The notes below the pieces were generated by a model, which saw nothing but the letters and a program-made list of their open reading frames with translations, made no database searches and was not told the origin of the DNA. From Octopus bimaculoides (taxonomy: Eukaryota): a stretch of DNA of 64,000 bases. Numbering within the stretch: the stretch's first letter is position 1; each line of letters begins with the position of its first letter. Position numbers and translations under genes: made by a program. The stretch covers positions 52,949,049 to 53,013,048 of the forward strand of contig NC_068999.1 in NCBI RefSeq assembly GCF_001194135.2, given 5' to 3'. This document shows positions 13,928 to 27,595 of this stretch, in pieces.

Positions 13928-14438
13928 TTCTAAACTCTTCAAAGCAAAGTTTGGATTTACTAATCGAACACGTAGTACAACCGCGGGTGAACTATAAATT
14001 CCATTTAGATTTAATAGACTGCTGATATTGATCTGAATAAAGAACTACGTTTGGACAGCTACAAAGTGCCCTCAGGGATCTGTCTGGATTTGCAAATACT
14101 ATTTTCCTTCATTTTCCAACTCGTATGCTTGCCTCGCACCAATATAACATCTACATACTACATTGAATAGCTAGAATGCCTTGGTGGGCTCCATAAGGAC
14201 ACACCTTGGATTATAACTCTATCTACATACCAGATACAAAAATAGACTGACAGACAGGCCGGCAGACACATAGATAGATCAAAAAGATAGACAAATAGAT
14301 AGATAGATAGGTTGGTAGGTAGGTAGGTTGGTAGGTAGGTAGGTAGTTAGGTAGGTAGGTAGGTAGGTAGGTAGGTAGGTAATTTGAAAATATTCTAGTC
14401 CCCATATTATATACATAATACATACATACATACATGAA

Positions 14439-14487
<49 letters not shown>

Positions 14488-14503
14488 GCACATACATGAC
14501 GAT

Positions 14504-14631
14504 GTTCATTTCAGTTTCCGTCAACCGAATTCATTCTAGGGGTTTTCGTCGGCCCAGTGCTGTAGTAGTGAAACTGAACCCGGAACTACGTGGCTGGAAA
14601 GCAAACTTCGTACCAAGCACCCATGCCCGCA
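14504..14631 (-). mobile_element. SINE family B, internally deleted
   Basis: tttcagtttccgtc...gtcggccc..gctgtagtag..actgaacccggaactacgtgg. Confidence 0.6.
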
Positions 14632-15029
14632 CTTAGATTTATTTCACTTTATATCAATACCGATATATATCAGCCTTATGGTACCATTTGAGAGTTCTGT
14701 GAATCCATCTGATATTAATTGCTTCCATGATAGATGCAAACACACAGTGCAAATGACAAGTATTGAACCGATGACCCTTCCGTCATGTTCTCTATATAAA
14801 CTCAGTGCTATCCCACTAAATCAGACTAATTAAACTGCGTCGTTTTCATTGTCAGCGTGACAGGAGGAAAGCATCAGTAATTGATTGTTTGCCTTTGTAA
14901 AAATACCTAATTAAAAATATTCAATTAAGCAAGCTTTAAACTAATTAACTATTTACGAAACAATAGTGTTCTCGCCACGCCCCGGTTTGTGGCGCTGATA
15001 ATGATTTGCTCACACAAGGTGTGGGATAT

Positions 15030-15520
15030 GCATCATCATGATCATCATCATCATCATCATCACCACCACCACCACCAGCACGACCACCATTACCACTAAC
15101 AACACCATCACTGCTACCACCACCACCACCACCACCACCACCACCATCATCATCATCATCGAAGTCATCGTCATCATTATCGTTATTCTTATTTTCCCGA
15201 TCTTCATCAACTGTCATCATCAAATTCATCATCAAATTCATCATCGACTCCATCCTCTTCCTCCTCTTCCTCGTCGTCGTCGTCGTCGTCATCACCATCA
15301 CCATTATCATCATCAACACCATCATTATTGTCTCCATCACTACCACCACAACAATACAGTTCCACCGCCAACTCCACCCCTAACATCATCACTATCACCA
15401 ACATAAATAACACCAGCATTTTCGCCATGTTGATACCTTTAACTCCACCATGATTCTTCAATCTTCGCCATCCTCCTCCTCCTCCTCCTCGTCGCCTCCA
15501 CCGTCCACCTCATTATCGTC
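15030..15520. repeat. Compound trinucleotide mosaic (CAT/CAC/CGT/CCT)
   Basis: Interleaved trinucleotide runs; similar mosaics at about 33980-34770, 42610-43020 and 45520-46150. Confidence 0.85.
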
Positions 15521-16275
15521 GTACTGATTGACCTCTATTACATCACCGAATACTGAGTATTTGGATCGACTCGTGTGCATCGGTTACCGTCCCTCCAAGC
15601 CTTCAGCACAGTTACATCAAATAACAACATACTTTAATTGTTGTAACCGGTTTGTTTTTTATACGAAAAGTGCGCGAAAAATCGAACTAAACTGCTGCTG
15701 CCGGTGTTGTTGTTGTTGTTTTGTTGCTATTGTTGTTGTTGTTGTTCTTGTTCTTGTTCTTCTTCTTGCTGCTGCTGCTACTGTTGTTGCTGTTTAGCAT
15801 ACTGTCGTCCATGCTAGAGCAGATCTATAACGAAAACATTTTAACCACATCAATTTTTCTTTTCAAGTCATGGTTTCTCTTAGAGTACGTTTGTCGTCCA
15901 GTACTTTCTTTTATTTTATATCTATATTTTGATTATGAAGACGACGACGATGGTTTGTAATAAGATGTGGCTGCTATTGTGGCAGAGTGAACGTCGGACA
16001 AATAGAGAATAAGAGAGTGGAAGAGAGGGGGGAAAAAATGAAAACTTAGATTTACATCAACCTATGGTAGTGGAGAGAAGATGAAAGGCTGATAAGGTTT
16101 TGTTATTTCTGGCCATCAGAAATGCGGTGAAGCGCTATTTGGCCTGTTGGATATTCTTAACAAACGACTCCAGCGCTCACTTCCTTTCTTTTTTTTTTTT
16201 TTTTTTTTTTTTTCGTAGTGTAAAATAAATATTTATAATCTACATACAAGCATATCAGCAGCAACGTCATCAAAA

Positions 16276-16310
<35 letters not shown>

Positions 16311-16317
16311 CACCACC

Positions 16318-16403
<86 letters not shown>

Positions 16404-16416
16404 CACCACCACGACG

Positions 16417-16480
<64 letters not shown>

Positions 16481-17068
16481 AAATTGGAGGGTCTTTAGAT
16501 TAAAGGTTTACTCGATCAGGTATAAAGTGGAATTATGCTGTAACAAGTCCAATTACGATGACAAAAGCAACGACAAAATTCCTGTTACTATAGTTTTATA
16601 TTTCGGCCGACAAAACGACCTTGGCAAACCTAACTGACATATTGATCGATTGACTAAACAGTTTATTAAATGATCGATTAGTTAAATTGTTAAATGTTAA
16701 CTGCTAGACTAATAATAATAATAATAAAAGAAGCGAAATAGAATCAGTATGTTTATGTCTATTATTCGCATAAGGACACTCCCAAGATACAACAAAATGT
16801 ATTTGCACATGTTTGCATATATCCCTGTTGTTAAGTTTCCAAGGACGGATTGGGATGATAATATACTTAGGTCAGTGTTTAGCTACTGGTCAGTACCAAC
16901 AAAATTGACCTATGATCAAGAGCCTTCTAGCCGTAATCATATCATATTTTTCCCCTTTTTTTCCCTGCCATAATTTACCCAGGGCTACATTACCTTACCT
17001 AATGTACCCTTCGCTCTTTTCTTTTTACTCAGACCAGTTTTCTTATCAGACCAGATTTGTCTGTGAGC

Positions 17069-17119
<51 letters not shown>

Positions 17120-17617
17120 TACATACATATAAGAAGGATGACCACTAAGTGGTCATCCCTTATGCTAGATGTAGACCCCATATGCTCTGACCACTAAGAA
17201 AAGATTGTTCTCAAGAAAATTCAGCAAACGCCAGAACGTAAGCGAGCAAGACAAATGAAGAGGTACAAAATATAAAGCATAAGGGCCTTTCAAAGAATCC
17301 CTTCCAACTGAGGTATCTAGATTATCCGTTCGTCTCTAAGACCAAGGAAGTCCTCATTGCCAAGAAGACTGGATTAGCTGCTCTTCTACTCCATGTAGGT
17401 GACTTATCACGCATTTCCCCGTCAGCCCTCTATTCCTAACAGTTAGATGGTCATACACTGCCTTTATTCAAGCGATCCCATCTTACTCGTCTCCACCTCT
17501 CGTCACACTTGTTGCGTTCAGTTCTTCCCAGGTCCCTCATTAACCACTACAAATATTCCTTCCCTCCCACTACATTGACTTTCTGTAATATTTCCTTTGT
17601 TCATATCTTTCCTGCAG

Positions 17618-17722
17618 GTATCGACTTGCAGCAATTTAAACGGAACATTAACGACATCAATGTCACCGATCTCGGAGGGCCTGCAGAAGCCATGGACGCC
17701 GCTCTCCACGATCCTCGTGTCA
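17618..17722 (+). CDS. Predicted exon 3 (IDLQQFKRNINDINVTDLGGPAEAMDAALHDPRV)
   Basis: Strong acceptor ttcctttgttcatatctttcctgcag; strong donor A|gtaagc; 105 nt, phase 1-1; GC-rich island with many C-ending codons in AT-rich flanks. Confidence 0.8.
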
Positions 17723-18708
17723 GTAAGCAAAGAAAAACAAAAAAACAACAGAAATTTAAATAACAATAATAAAAAAAAATACAATGATTAACAAGGGACA
17801 ATATATTAAAATAAATAAACGATAGTAAATTCATGGGACATTATTGAAAAATAAACAACAAATATTTATTAAAAAGCAATATTTTTTCATTTAAAAATAA
17901 ACAACATAAAAGATATGTTATTCTCGCGAGATTTCCGCCTTTATAGAAATATTGTTTCCACATCAAGAATTAATCGTATCTCTGTATTGCCGCAAGAGAA
18001 TGTACTCTGTGTATTGTATTCACATTCTGCATTCGCAGTTAACCGTAAATAATTCCTTTGCTAATAGATTCTTCAATGTTTTTTTAATCTTTTACGTTAA
18101 TTGTGTAAAACTGTCCTCTTATGCTTACTATTATTTTAAACTCCCACTGGGGACAGTTTCGTCTAAACAATATTTTAACCTCAACGTTTATAAAGACACT
18201 CCCATATAATTTTTTCATTCAAATATTTGCTACTCTTACTTTCGCTAAAACACGAATTTCAACATTTTTGTTTAGAAATACGGTTCTTAAATAATATCGC
18301 TTTCTTTTTTATTTTGCTTCTTCTTCGTTTGATTTTCACATTTAACTTTTTACATAACCACATTTTAATCTCTCTTATTCTGCAACAGTGTTGTTTTCTT
18401 TGAGTGATTTTTTGCTTGATTAAAGATAAACGGAGCCTAAAATGTCACTCCTTAAACTTCAGTTGAAGACACTTACTTCAATTTGCTTGCTGCTTTAGTT
18501 TTTATTAATAGTACTTTTTTTTATATATATCTTTCTGCTATATATTATTTACATTAAAAACCAAATGTTGCAAATTGTTGGGCGGCAGGAACTAAGCCAG
18601 CAATGCAGAAATAAACCTTTGCGTCTGAGATTTTCAAAACTTTTTACTACATTGTTGACACACCTCAAAAAATTTTGGGCGACGCATTACTTAATAATAG
18701 ACCTAACG

Positions 18709-18835
<127 letters not shown>

Positions 18836-18868
18836 GTGAGTGTGTGATGTGTGTATGCGTGTATATAC

Positions 18869-18904
<36 letters not shown>

Positions 18905-19120
18905 GGCAAATAAGAAAACGAAGAGGATATAAAGTCGACATACATTACCCAGTAGACATTCAAGTATGTCTATTTATTCAATTGTAAAGGAAGAATACAC
19001 ACACACATGTATGAGTTATACAGATTATCGAGTGGAAAAAGCAGGTAACTGCACAGACAAGGTTGTGAATACATATAAGTATATAGAACAAATGAGCAGC
19101 TGAGCAAATGAGCAATATAT

Positions 19121-19155
<35 letters not shown>

Positions 19156-19605
19156 NNNNNNNNNNNNNNNNNNNNNNNNNNNNNNNNNNNNNNNNNNNNN
19201 NNNNNNNNNNNNNNNNNNNNNNNNNNNNNNNNNNNNNNNNNNNNNNNNNNNNNNNNNNNNNNNNNNNNNNNNNNNNNNNNNNNNNNNNNNNNNNNNNNNN
19301 NNNNNNNNNNNNNNNNNNNNNNNNNNNNNNNNNNNNNNNNNNNNNNNNNNTATATATATATGTGTGTGTGTATAAATATATATGAATGTATATGCATACA
19401 TACATACACACATATATATGTATGTATGTATATATATATATATATATATATCTATATATATCTATAAGCGGAGAGTTAACTCTCCGCCGCTTATACCTTT
19501 GGTATTAGAGTACTATTTTTTCTACCTTTGGTATTCGAGTACTATTTTTCCATCTTTTGTTGCACTTATGTGCTTACTTATGTGTGTGTGTCTGTATGTG
19601 TGTGT

Positions 19606-19648
<43 letters not shown>

Positions 19649-19828
19649 CGCGTGTGTATACATCGAAACTTAAATAAAAATAAGTTTGTATTCTCTGTGT
19701 GTAAATATAAACGTATTCGCGTATATGTGTGTGTGCGCACGTGTGTAAATAGGAAGATATATATGTATATATATAGATATATATACATACACGCGCGTGC
19801 GCATAGACACACATACATACTCATACAT

Positions 19829-19876
<48 letters not shown>

Positions 19877-19975
19877 TAATGATGCACAGATATTAGTACA
19901 TATGTCCCTGAACGCAAGTTATGAATTTAAACAGATAAAAAGATAGTGGGGAGAAGCGAGGAACGGAGAGAAAAA

Positions 19976-20042
<67 letters not shown>

Positions 20043-20751
20043 TGTGTGTGTGTGTGTATGTGCGTGTGTGTGTGTGTGTGCATGAGAGAAAGATAAAAAG
20101 CATAGAGAGAAACTGGTGGAGGGATAAAGCAAAGAATTAGCGAAGCAGTAAGAAATGCACCAATTACCCAGCAGACAACTGTGGATCACTTGGAGAGTAC
20201 AAGAGGTCTGTTATTAGCAGTTTGGCACCAACGAGCAGAATTATTTTCAAGACTATAATCAAACGGAGAGGAAAGAAAAAATCTTTGGCGCAAAATGCAA
20301 ATTTTCCACCAGCGTGTAGGGCCGAACAACATGTAATCTCATTAGCATATATGTGTATGTGTGTGTGTATGTGTGTGTGTGTGTGTGTGTGTGTAAGTAT
20401 GTATGTGAATGTGTGTGTATATGTGTGTGTATATGTGTTTGTGTAAATATGCATATATATATATATATATATATATATGTGTTTATGTATCCATGTATGA
20501 AGTAGGTATGTATACGAAATATATACTGTACAAACTGGCATACATACATATATACATGCATACACACACAAGCATCCATTCATACAAGCATATATGCATA
20601 CATACACAGATATATTGTGTACATAAATACACAATATAAACTTTATATAAATATTATACACCATTTTGCATGCACGTTATTAATTTCTAATTTTTTATAT
20701 TATTATTATTATCATTAGTTTTTGTTCTTGTTATTATTATTATTATTATTA

Positions 20752-20822
<71 letters not shown>

Positions 20823-20911
20823 TTCAATAGTAGTAGTAGTAGTCGTAGTAATTTTATTACTTATCTATTCGGATCAAAATAGCTGGAAAACAAAGTTTTG
20901 CTGAATAACAC

Positions 20912-21016
<105 letters not shown>

Positions 21017-21199
21017 TCTCTTTCTCTCTCTCTCTCTCCTTTCCGCTGTGTCTCTGTCACTCTCTGTTTCTCACTACACACCATACACATACACAAACAT
21101 ACACATAAACACACATACACGCACACAGATACCATATTACCTGCATTTCCACTCTCACTATTTCTGTCTCTCTTTCTCTCTTCCACATCTCTTCTCTCT

Positions 21200-21260
<61 letters not shown>

Positions 21261-21636
21261 AATCTATCTATCTATATTTATGTTTCTAACAATGTACAAA
21301 ATATAAAATATAAAACAGAAAATACGAGCAAATATGGCGGAAAAGTATATTTTGGCATCATAACAAGACAGCTAAATAAATATCTTTAAACCTCCTTTAC
21401 CAAAAATAAATCTACAAACCAAGAAAAATAGTAACAAGATTTTATTGGTTAAATTATCTTTGACGATCAGTTTTAGCAAGAATAATATATTTTCTTTCTG
21501 GAAGCGGAAACGACTCCTCACTGTATAAGATATCTACAGCTCCTCACACTATCTTAGAAATGTTATGCTCGAATATAACGAAGACGCTTGCTTGTTGGAC
21601 TCTGGATGTAGGAGCACATCAGTGTAGCACTACCCC

Positions 21637-21667
<31 letters not shown>

Positions 21668-21716
21668 GTCGTCGTCGTCGTCGTCGTCTTCGTCGTCGTC
21701 GTCTTCGTCGTCGTCG

Positions 21717-21765
<49 letters not shown>

Positions 21766-21821
21766 TATCATCATCATCATCGTCAATATTTTCATTATTC
21801 TTATTCTTATTATTATTATCG

Positions 21822-22024
21822 AAGGCGGCAAGCGGGTAGATTCGTTACCCCTCCGGGCCAAATTCTTAGCGGCATTTGTTCTATCTTTATGTTCTGAGTT
21901 CAAATTCCGCCGAGGTCGACTTTGCCTTTCATCTTTTCGCGACGGATGAAAATAAGTACTAGTCGATCTAATCGATTAGCCCACTTCCCCAAAATTTCAG
22001 ACCTTGTGCCTATAGTAGAAAGGA
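21822..22024 (+). mobile_element. SINE family A copy with a long (ATT)n tail
   Basis: Core gttctgagttcaaattccgccgaggtcgactttgcctttcatc; followed by about 180 nt of (ATT)n. Confidence 0.8.
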
Positions 22025-22051
22025 TTATTATTATTATTATTATTATTTTTA

Positions 22052-22205
<154 letters not shown>

Positions 22206-23051
22206 CATCATTCAGTAGTCTTATTTTTCATCTGGTACTGCAAATGTATTGTGGGATATTGCATTGTTGTAAGAGGGGAGCCCAGAAAAATATTGAAACT
22301 TGTAGCCTGTCATAGAAATCTAGAATTTATGGCACTGTTCTCAGATGAAATTCTTTCGAGGTTTACTATGTCTATCTTTTCTACAGCACAATAAATCAAG
22401 CACCAGTAATGTACTGGGGTTCATTTAATCTAGCAGAACTCATCGCTTCAGATTTATGGATGTGTGTAATGTAGAGAAAGAAATCATTACGTAAAGAAAG
22501 TGTTAGAATATATATATAACGTAGAGATCAGAGAAACTGTTTGGTGGGATTAAACAAAGCTAAATGAATTTGCGATGAATGAAATAGAAGAGACAAAAAT
22601 ACGAACGATATATAAAGATTGAATGACAGAATTGAACAAAGGAGAAAAGAAGAAAATCAGAGAGAAAAGAAAAGAATGAAAGAGAACGGCAAAGAGAAGA
22701 TATGAGAGAAAATAGGAGAATGGGAAACTAAGTAAAAATGAAATTGAAAGAAAAAACTAAGACAAAGTATGAGAAAAACAAATGAGATAAACTGATAAAT
22801 ATACGAAAACCTTGAAAAGACGTAAATAGATAAGGAGGAGAGTGAGAAGGAGGAGAAGGACGACGAGGGGAGGAGGAAGACAAGGAGAGGAAGATGAGAT
22901 CGAGGAGAGGAGGAAGAGATGTATATTGAGGGAGTTACAAAGATAAGAAAATTAAAGGAAACGAAAGACAGATGAAACAAAAAAAGGAAAAGGATAACCG
23001 TAACCACAAACCAAACTAAAGAAATAACTCAAAAGAAAAGAGAAAGAATTA

Positions 23052-23098
<47 letters not shown>

Positions 23099-24272
23099 AT
23101 AAGACATTGAAATAAGGAAAGGATGCGAAAGAAAAGATACGAAAGGAGAGAAGCGAAAGGAAGACAAAGACAATACAAAAGACTCATATGAAAGAAAAAA
23201 GTGACTCGTTTTACAAAAGCCATCATCTGAATGAAACAAAGCAAAAAGAAGAAGAAGAAGTAGAACAAGAAGACACGAGTGGACAGTGATGAGAAGAAAG
23301 CCGATCGCGGATTACTTTATACCTTTGCGCTATTCTTCCTTCACTGCACATTTGTTTGCGGTGGGCCATTTTGTCTTAACTTGTTTGTCCCGGAAGAGCG
23401 GAAAATAAATAAATAGATATATAAATGAAAATAATTGTGAATGCATAATGTACTTAATGTACCGAAATACATACATATTTACGCACGTACATATATATTT
23501 CTATATGAGAATGTGATCATGTTTGTGTGTGATTATTATATATATATATTTACACATACATAAATACATACATATATATTTACATTTATGTCTGTGTGTG
23601 TGTCTCTCTCTCTGTATATATATATATATATATATNNNNNNNNNNNNNNNNNNNNNNNNNNNNNNNNNNNNNNNNNNNNNNNNNNNNNNNNNNNNNNNNN
23701 NNNNNNNNNNNNNNNNNNNNNNNNNNNNNNNNNNNNNNNNNNNNNNNNNNNNNNNNNNNNNNNNNNNNNNNNNNNNNNNNNNNNNNNNNNNNNNNNNNNN
23801 NNNNNNNNNNNNNNNNNNNNNNNNNNNNNNNNNNNNNNNNNNNNNNNNNNNNNNNNNNNNNNNNNNNNNNNNNNNNNNNNNNNNNNNNNNNNNNNNNNNN
23901 NNNNNNNNNNNNNNNNNNNNNNNNNNNNNNNNNNNNNNNNNNNNNNNNNNNNNNNNNNNNNNNNNNNNNNNNNNNNNNNNNNNNNNNNNNNNNNNNNNNN
24001 NNNNNNNNNNNNNNNNNNNNNNNNNNNNNNNNNNNNNNNNNNNNNNNNNNNNNNNNNNNNNNNNNNNNNNNNNNNNNNNNNNNNNNNNNNNNNNNNNNNN
24101 NNNNNNNNNNNNNNNNNNNNNNNNNNNNNNNNNNNNNNNNNNNNNNNNNNNNNNNNNNNNNNNNNNNNNNNNNNNNNNNNNNNNNNNNNNNNNNNNNNNN
24201 NNNNNNNNNNNNNNNNNNNNNNNNNNNNNNNNNNNNNNNNNNNNNNNNNNNNNNNNNNNNNNNNNNNNNNNN

Positions 24273-24305
<33 letters not shown>

Positions 24306-24659
24306 CATACATACATACATGGTCAGGGTCAGGGTTAGTATTGCTACTTTAAAGAAGGGAGAAACTTTTCAATGATAAAAATTATTAATCAGCTGAAAAC
24401 ACACCGGAAGTTTGTCGTCGCCATATTTTGTGTTTGTATATGTGATTTAGTCTCCATGTCACATGTATCCATTTTTTTTTTCTTGTTTGTCAATATTTAA
24501 CTGTCAGACGAAGCTTGAGTCCCAATACACGCATACATATATAGAAACCTAGACACAATCAAACATACACTTACATATTGATACACACACACACATGCAT
24601 ATATGTGTGTATGTAAAAGTGTGTTCGTGGTACGTACGTGCAAGTGTACTTAGGAAGTT

Positions 24660-24712
24660 CTGAGGTCAATAAAATAACCAGAGGTCAATAAAATAACCAG
24701 AGGTCAATAAAA
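24660..24712. repeat. 19-bp tandem repeat (gaggtcaataaaataacca) x about 2.7
   Basis: Directly visible; followed by a SINE-B-like 3' tail (ctccaacatggctgca...tgactgaaa). Confidence 0.8.
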
Positions 24713-26351
24713 TTAACTAAACCTTCAGAGCAAGGACTCCAACATGGCTGCAACAATCTATTGACTGAAAATAGTTAAAAATACACGAGTAATACACTGT
24801 ATGGTATACAATACAATATAATGCACAATACAGTATATTCTAAAATATTATGTAGCACAATAGCAATACAATATAATAGAATATAAAACACATAATGTAA
24901 TAAAATCCACTCGGTAAATGCTACAACTGCTCCAACAGGCATCATATATCTAAAGTAAATAGCTTACAATCTATCACTAGTTATCGATCACTTACATTAG
25001 TTCCGTACATGCTCAATCACTGACCACTAATGGCTTGTGACGTTACTCTGTGTGCTTAATAAACAAACACCGGAACGTCAATCAATCCCAGAGAGCATTA
25101 CACATAAGTTCATAAACATGCAGACAGAGAGAAAGAAAGAAGGGCGTAAGTTATATATATATATATNNNNNNNNNNNNNNNNNNNNNNNNNNNNNNNNNN
25201 NNNNNNNNNNNNNNNNNNNNNNNNNNNNNNNNNNNNNNNNNNNNNNNNNNNNNNNNNNNNNNNNNNNNNNNNNNNNNNNNNNNNNNNNNNNNNNNNNNNN
25301 NNNNNNNNNNNNNNNNNNNNNNNNNNNNNNNNNNNNNNNNNNNNNNNNNNNNNNNNNNNNNNNNNNNNNNNNNNNNNNNNNNNNNNNNNNNNNNNNNNNN
25401 NNNNNNNNNNNNNNNNNNNNNNNNNNNNNNNNNNNNNNNNNNNNNNNNNNNNNNNNNNNNNNNNNNNNNNNNNNNNNNNNNNNNNNNNNNNNNNNNNNNN
25501 NNNNNNNNNNNNNNNNNNNNNNNNNNNNNNNNNNNNNNNNNNNNNNNNNNNNNNNNNNNNNNNNNNNNNNNNNNNNNNNNNNNNNNNNNNNNNNNNNNNN
25601 NNNNNNNNNNNNNNNNNNNNNNNNNNNNNNNNNNNNNNNNNNNNNNNNNNNNNNNNNNNNNNNNNNNNNNNNNNNNNNNNNNNNNNNNNNNNNNNNNNNN
25701 NNNNNNNNNNNNNNNNNNNNNNNNNNNNNNNNNNNNNNNNNNNNNNNNNNNNNNNNNNNNNNNNNNNNNNNNNNNNNNNNNNNNNNNNNNNNNNNNNNNN
25801 NNNNNNNNNNNNNNNNNNNNNNNNNNNNNNNNNNNNNNNNNNNNNNNNNNNNNNNNNNNNNNNNNNNNNNNNNNNNNNNNNNNNNNNNNNNNNNNNNNNN
25901 NNNNNNNNNNNNNNNNNNNNNNNNNNNNNNNNNNNNNNNNNNNNNNNNNNNNNNNNNNNATGAACCGGAAATGAAAACATCATTACATTTTACAAAGGGA
26001 AGTTGTTGCGCAAATAGAATATCAAAGATTGCATGTTGTAGTGTGAATGCTTTTGTGCGTGTGTGTGTGTGCGTGTGTGTGTGTGTGTGTGCGTGTGTTT
26101 GTGCGTGTGTGTGTGTGTGAGTGTGAGTGTGTGTCTATGAGTGTGTGTGAGTGTGTGTGTGTGTATTCATGTATGTGTATATATGTGTGCACGTGAGCCT
26201 GTGTATGTGTGTGCATGTTCGTGTATGTTCATGTATGTATATGTGTTTGTGTGAGAGTGTGTATGCACGTGAGTGTCTGTGTGTGTGTGTGTGTATGCGT
26301 ATGTGTGTGTGTGTGTGTGCGTGCGTGTGTATTCACGCTTCTTCCTATTAG

Positions 26352-26404
26352 TTGAAGTTCTTAACAGATTCAAAGACCGATCACTAACAGTCAAAGGTTT
26401 TAAG
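26352..26404 (+). CDS. Predicted exon 4 (I-EVLNRFKDRSLTVKGFK); may extend to 26425 (+VFHAWMK) via a GC donor
   Basis: Acceptor cgcttcttcctattag; phase 1 start completes A|TT = Ile after exon 3; phase-0 donors AAG|gtcttt (26405) or AAG|gcagtt (26426). Unique sequence inside (TG)n. Confidence 0.6.
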
Positions 26405-27031
26405 GTCTTTCATGCTTGGATGAAGGCAGTTCAAGATACTTGTGCGTGTGTGTATGTGTGCGTGTGTTAGAGAGAGAGAGTTAATGTGCATATGTGTGTC
26501 TTTGTGTGTGTGTGTCACTACTTGCGCGCGCGCGTGAATATAATGTGTGCGAATACAGGTACGTGCATATATGAGTGCGAATAGAAATATTTGACTGTGC
26601 GTGTGCAACGTGTGCAAGTCCAGTGCATGTACACTCGACATGCATGTATATATATAAGCTCATGTCCATGTACGTGTATATATATATATATATATATATA
26701 TNNNNNNNNNNNNNNNNNNNNNNNNNNNNNNNNNNNNNNNNNNNNNNNNNNNNNNNNNNNNNNNNNNNNNNNNNNNNNNNNNNNNNNNNNNNNNNNNNNT
26801 TTTTCACTCCCGTTCTTCAAAGATTTCAAGAGGCACAACTACCGCTGCCTTACTCCGCTCAAATTTGATAAATTTTTTGCCTTGAACTAATTCTTTATTT
26901 TTTCCATCCAACGCTAACAGAAACTTTTCTATTCTATGAACTAGCCGCGTCAGAAAAGGTCTTTGATTCGTTGCTGGTGATGTTGGCGTCGTTCAGATTT
27001 CCACTGGTTTTATTGCTGCTGTTGTTGTTGC

Positions 27032-27062
<31 letters not shown>

Positions 27063-27146
27063 GGTGGTGGTGGTATGTTGCCGTTGCTTTTTTTTCTCTG
27101 GTGCCCTTGTTCATGTTGTCCATGCATGGGTACTTATTTATGTCAG

Positions 27147-27217
27147 GTCGCTCGGAAGCGCTACTGGCAACATGTGACCCAATTCTTGTTGCAACGCTGG
27201 GTTTCGTTGGCGCGTAG
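27147..27217 (+). CDS. Predicted exon 5 (VARKRYWQHVTQFLLQRWVSLAR-R)
   Basis: Acceptor tacttatttatgtcag; donor AG|gtgaac; 71 nt, phase 0 to phase 2; protein-like reading. Confidence 0.7.
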
Positions 27218-27231
27218 GTGAACCGGATGGA

Positions 27232-27278
27232 ATCACACCAGCACCGGTTGTCAAGCGGCGATGGGGGACAAACACAGA

Positions 27279-27317
<39 letters not shown>

Positions 27318-27469
27318 TCATAGATACATATACATACGGCAGGCTTCTTTCAGTTTCAGTCTACCCGAGGCTGTAGAGTAGAAGGTGCCAAGGTGACACG
27401 AGGTGGGACTGAACCCGGAACCATGTGGTTGGGAAGCAAGCTTCTTATCACACAGCCACACCTGTGCCT
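27232..27469 (-). mobile_element. SINE family B with an internal (CA)n tract between head and 3' body
   Basis: 3' body cacaccagcaccggttgtcaagcggcgatgggggacaaacac, then (CA)n, then head ggcaggcttctttcagtttc...actgaacccggaaccatgtggttgggaagcaagcttcttatcacacagccac. Confidence 0.7.
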
Positions 27470-27514
27470 ATATATATAGATGTGTGTGTGTGTGTGTGTG
27501 TGTATGTAGTGTGT

Positions 27515-27595
<81 letters not shown>

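Noticed and set aside
15570-15625. Minus-strand CNCAEGLEG resembling an EGF motif
   Set aside because: In-frame stops on both sides and no usable acceptor.
17601-17784. Minus-strand readings of exon islands (IVESGVHGFCRPSEIG...; also minus-strand exon-like reads at about 20180-20260, 26335-26385 and 29567-29631)
   Set aside because: Some have plausible single splice sites, but I could not build a coherent phase chain, whereas the plus strand gives seven phase-matched exons. Not fully excluded.
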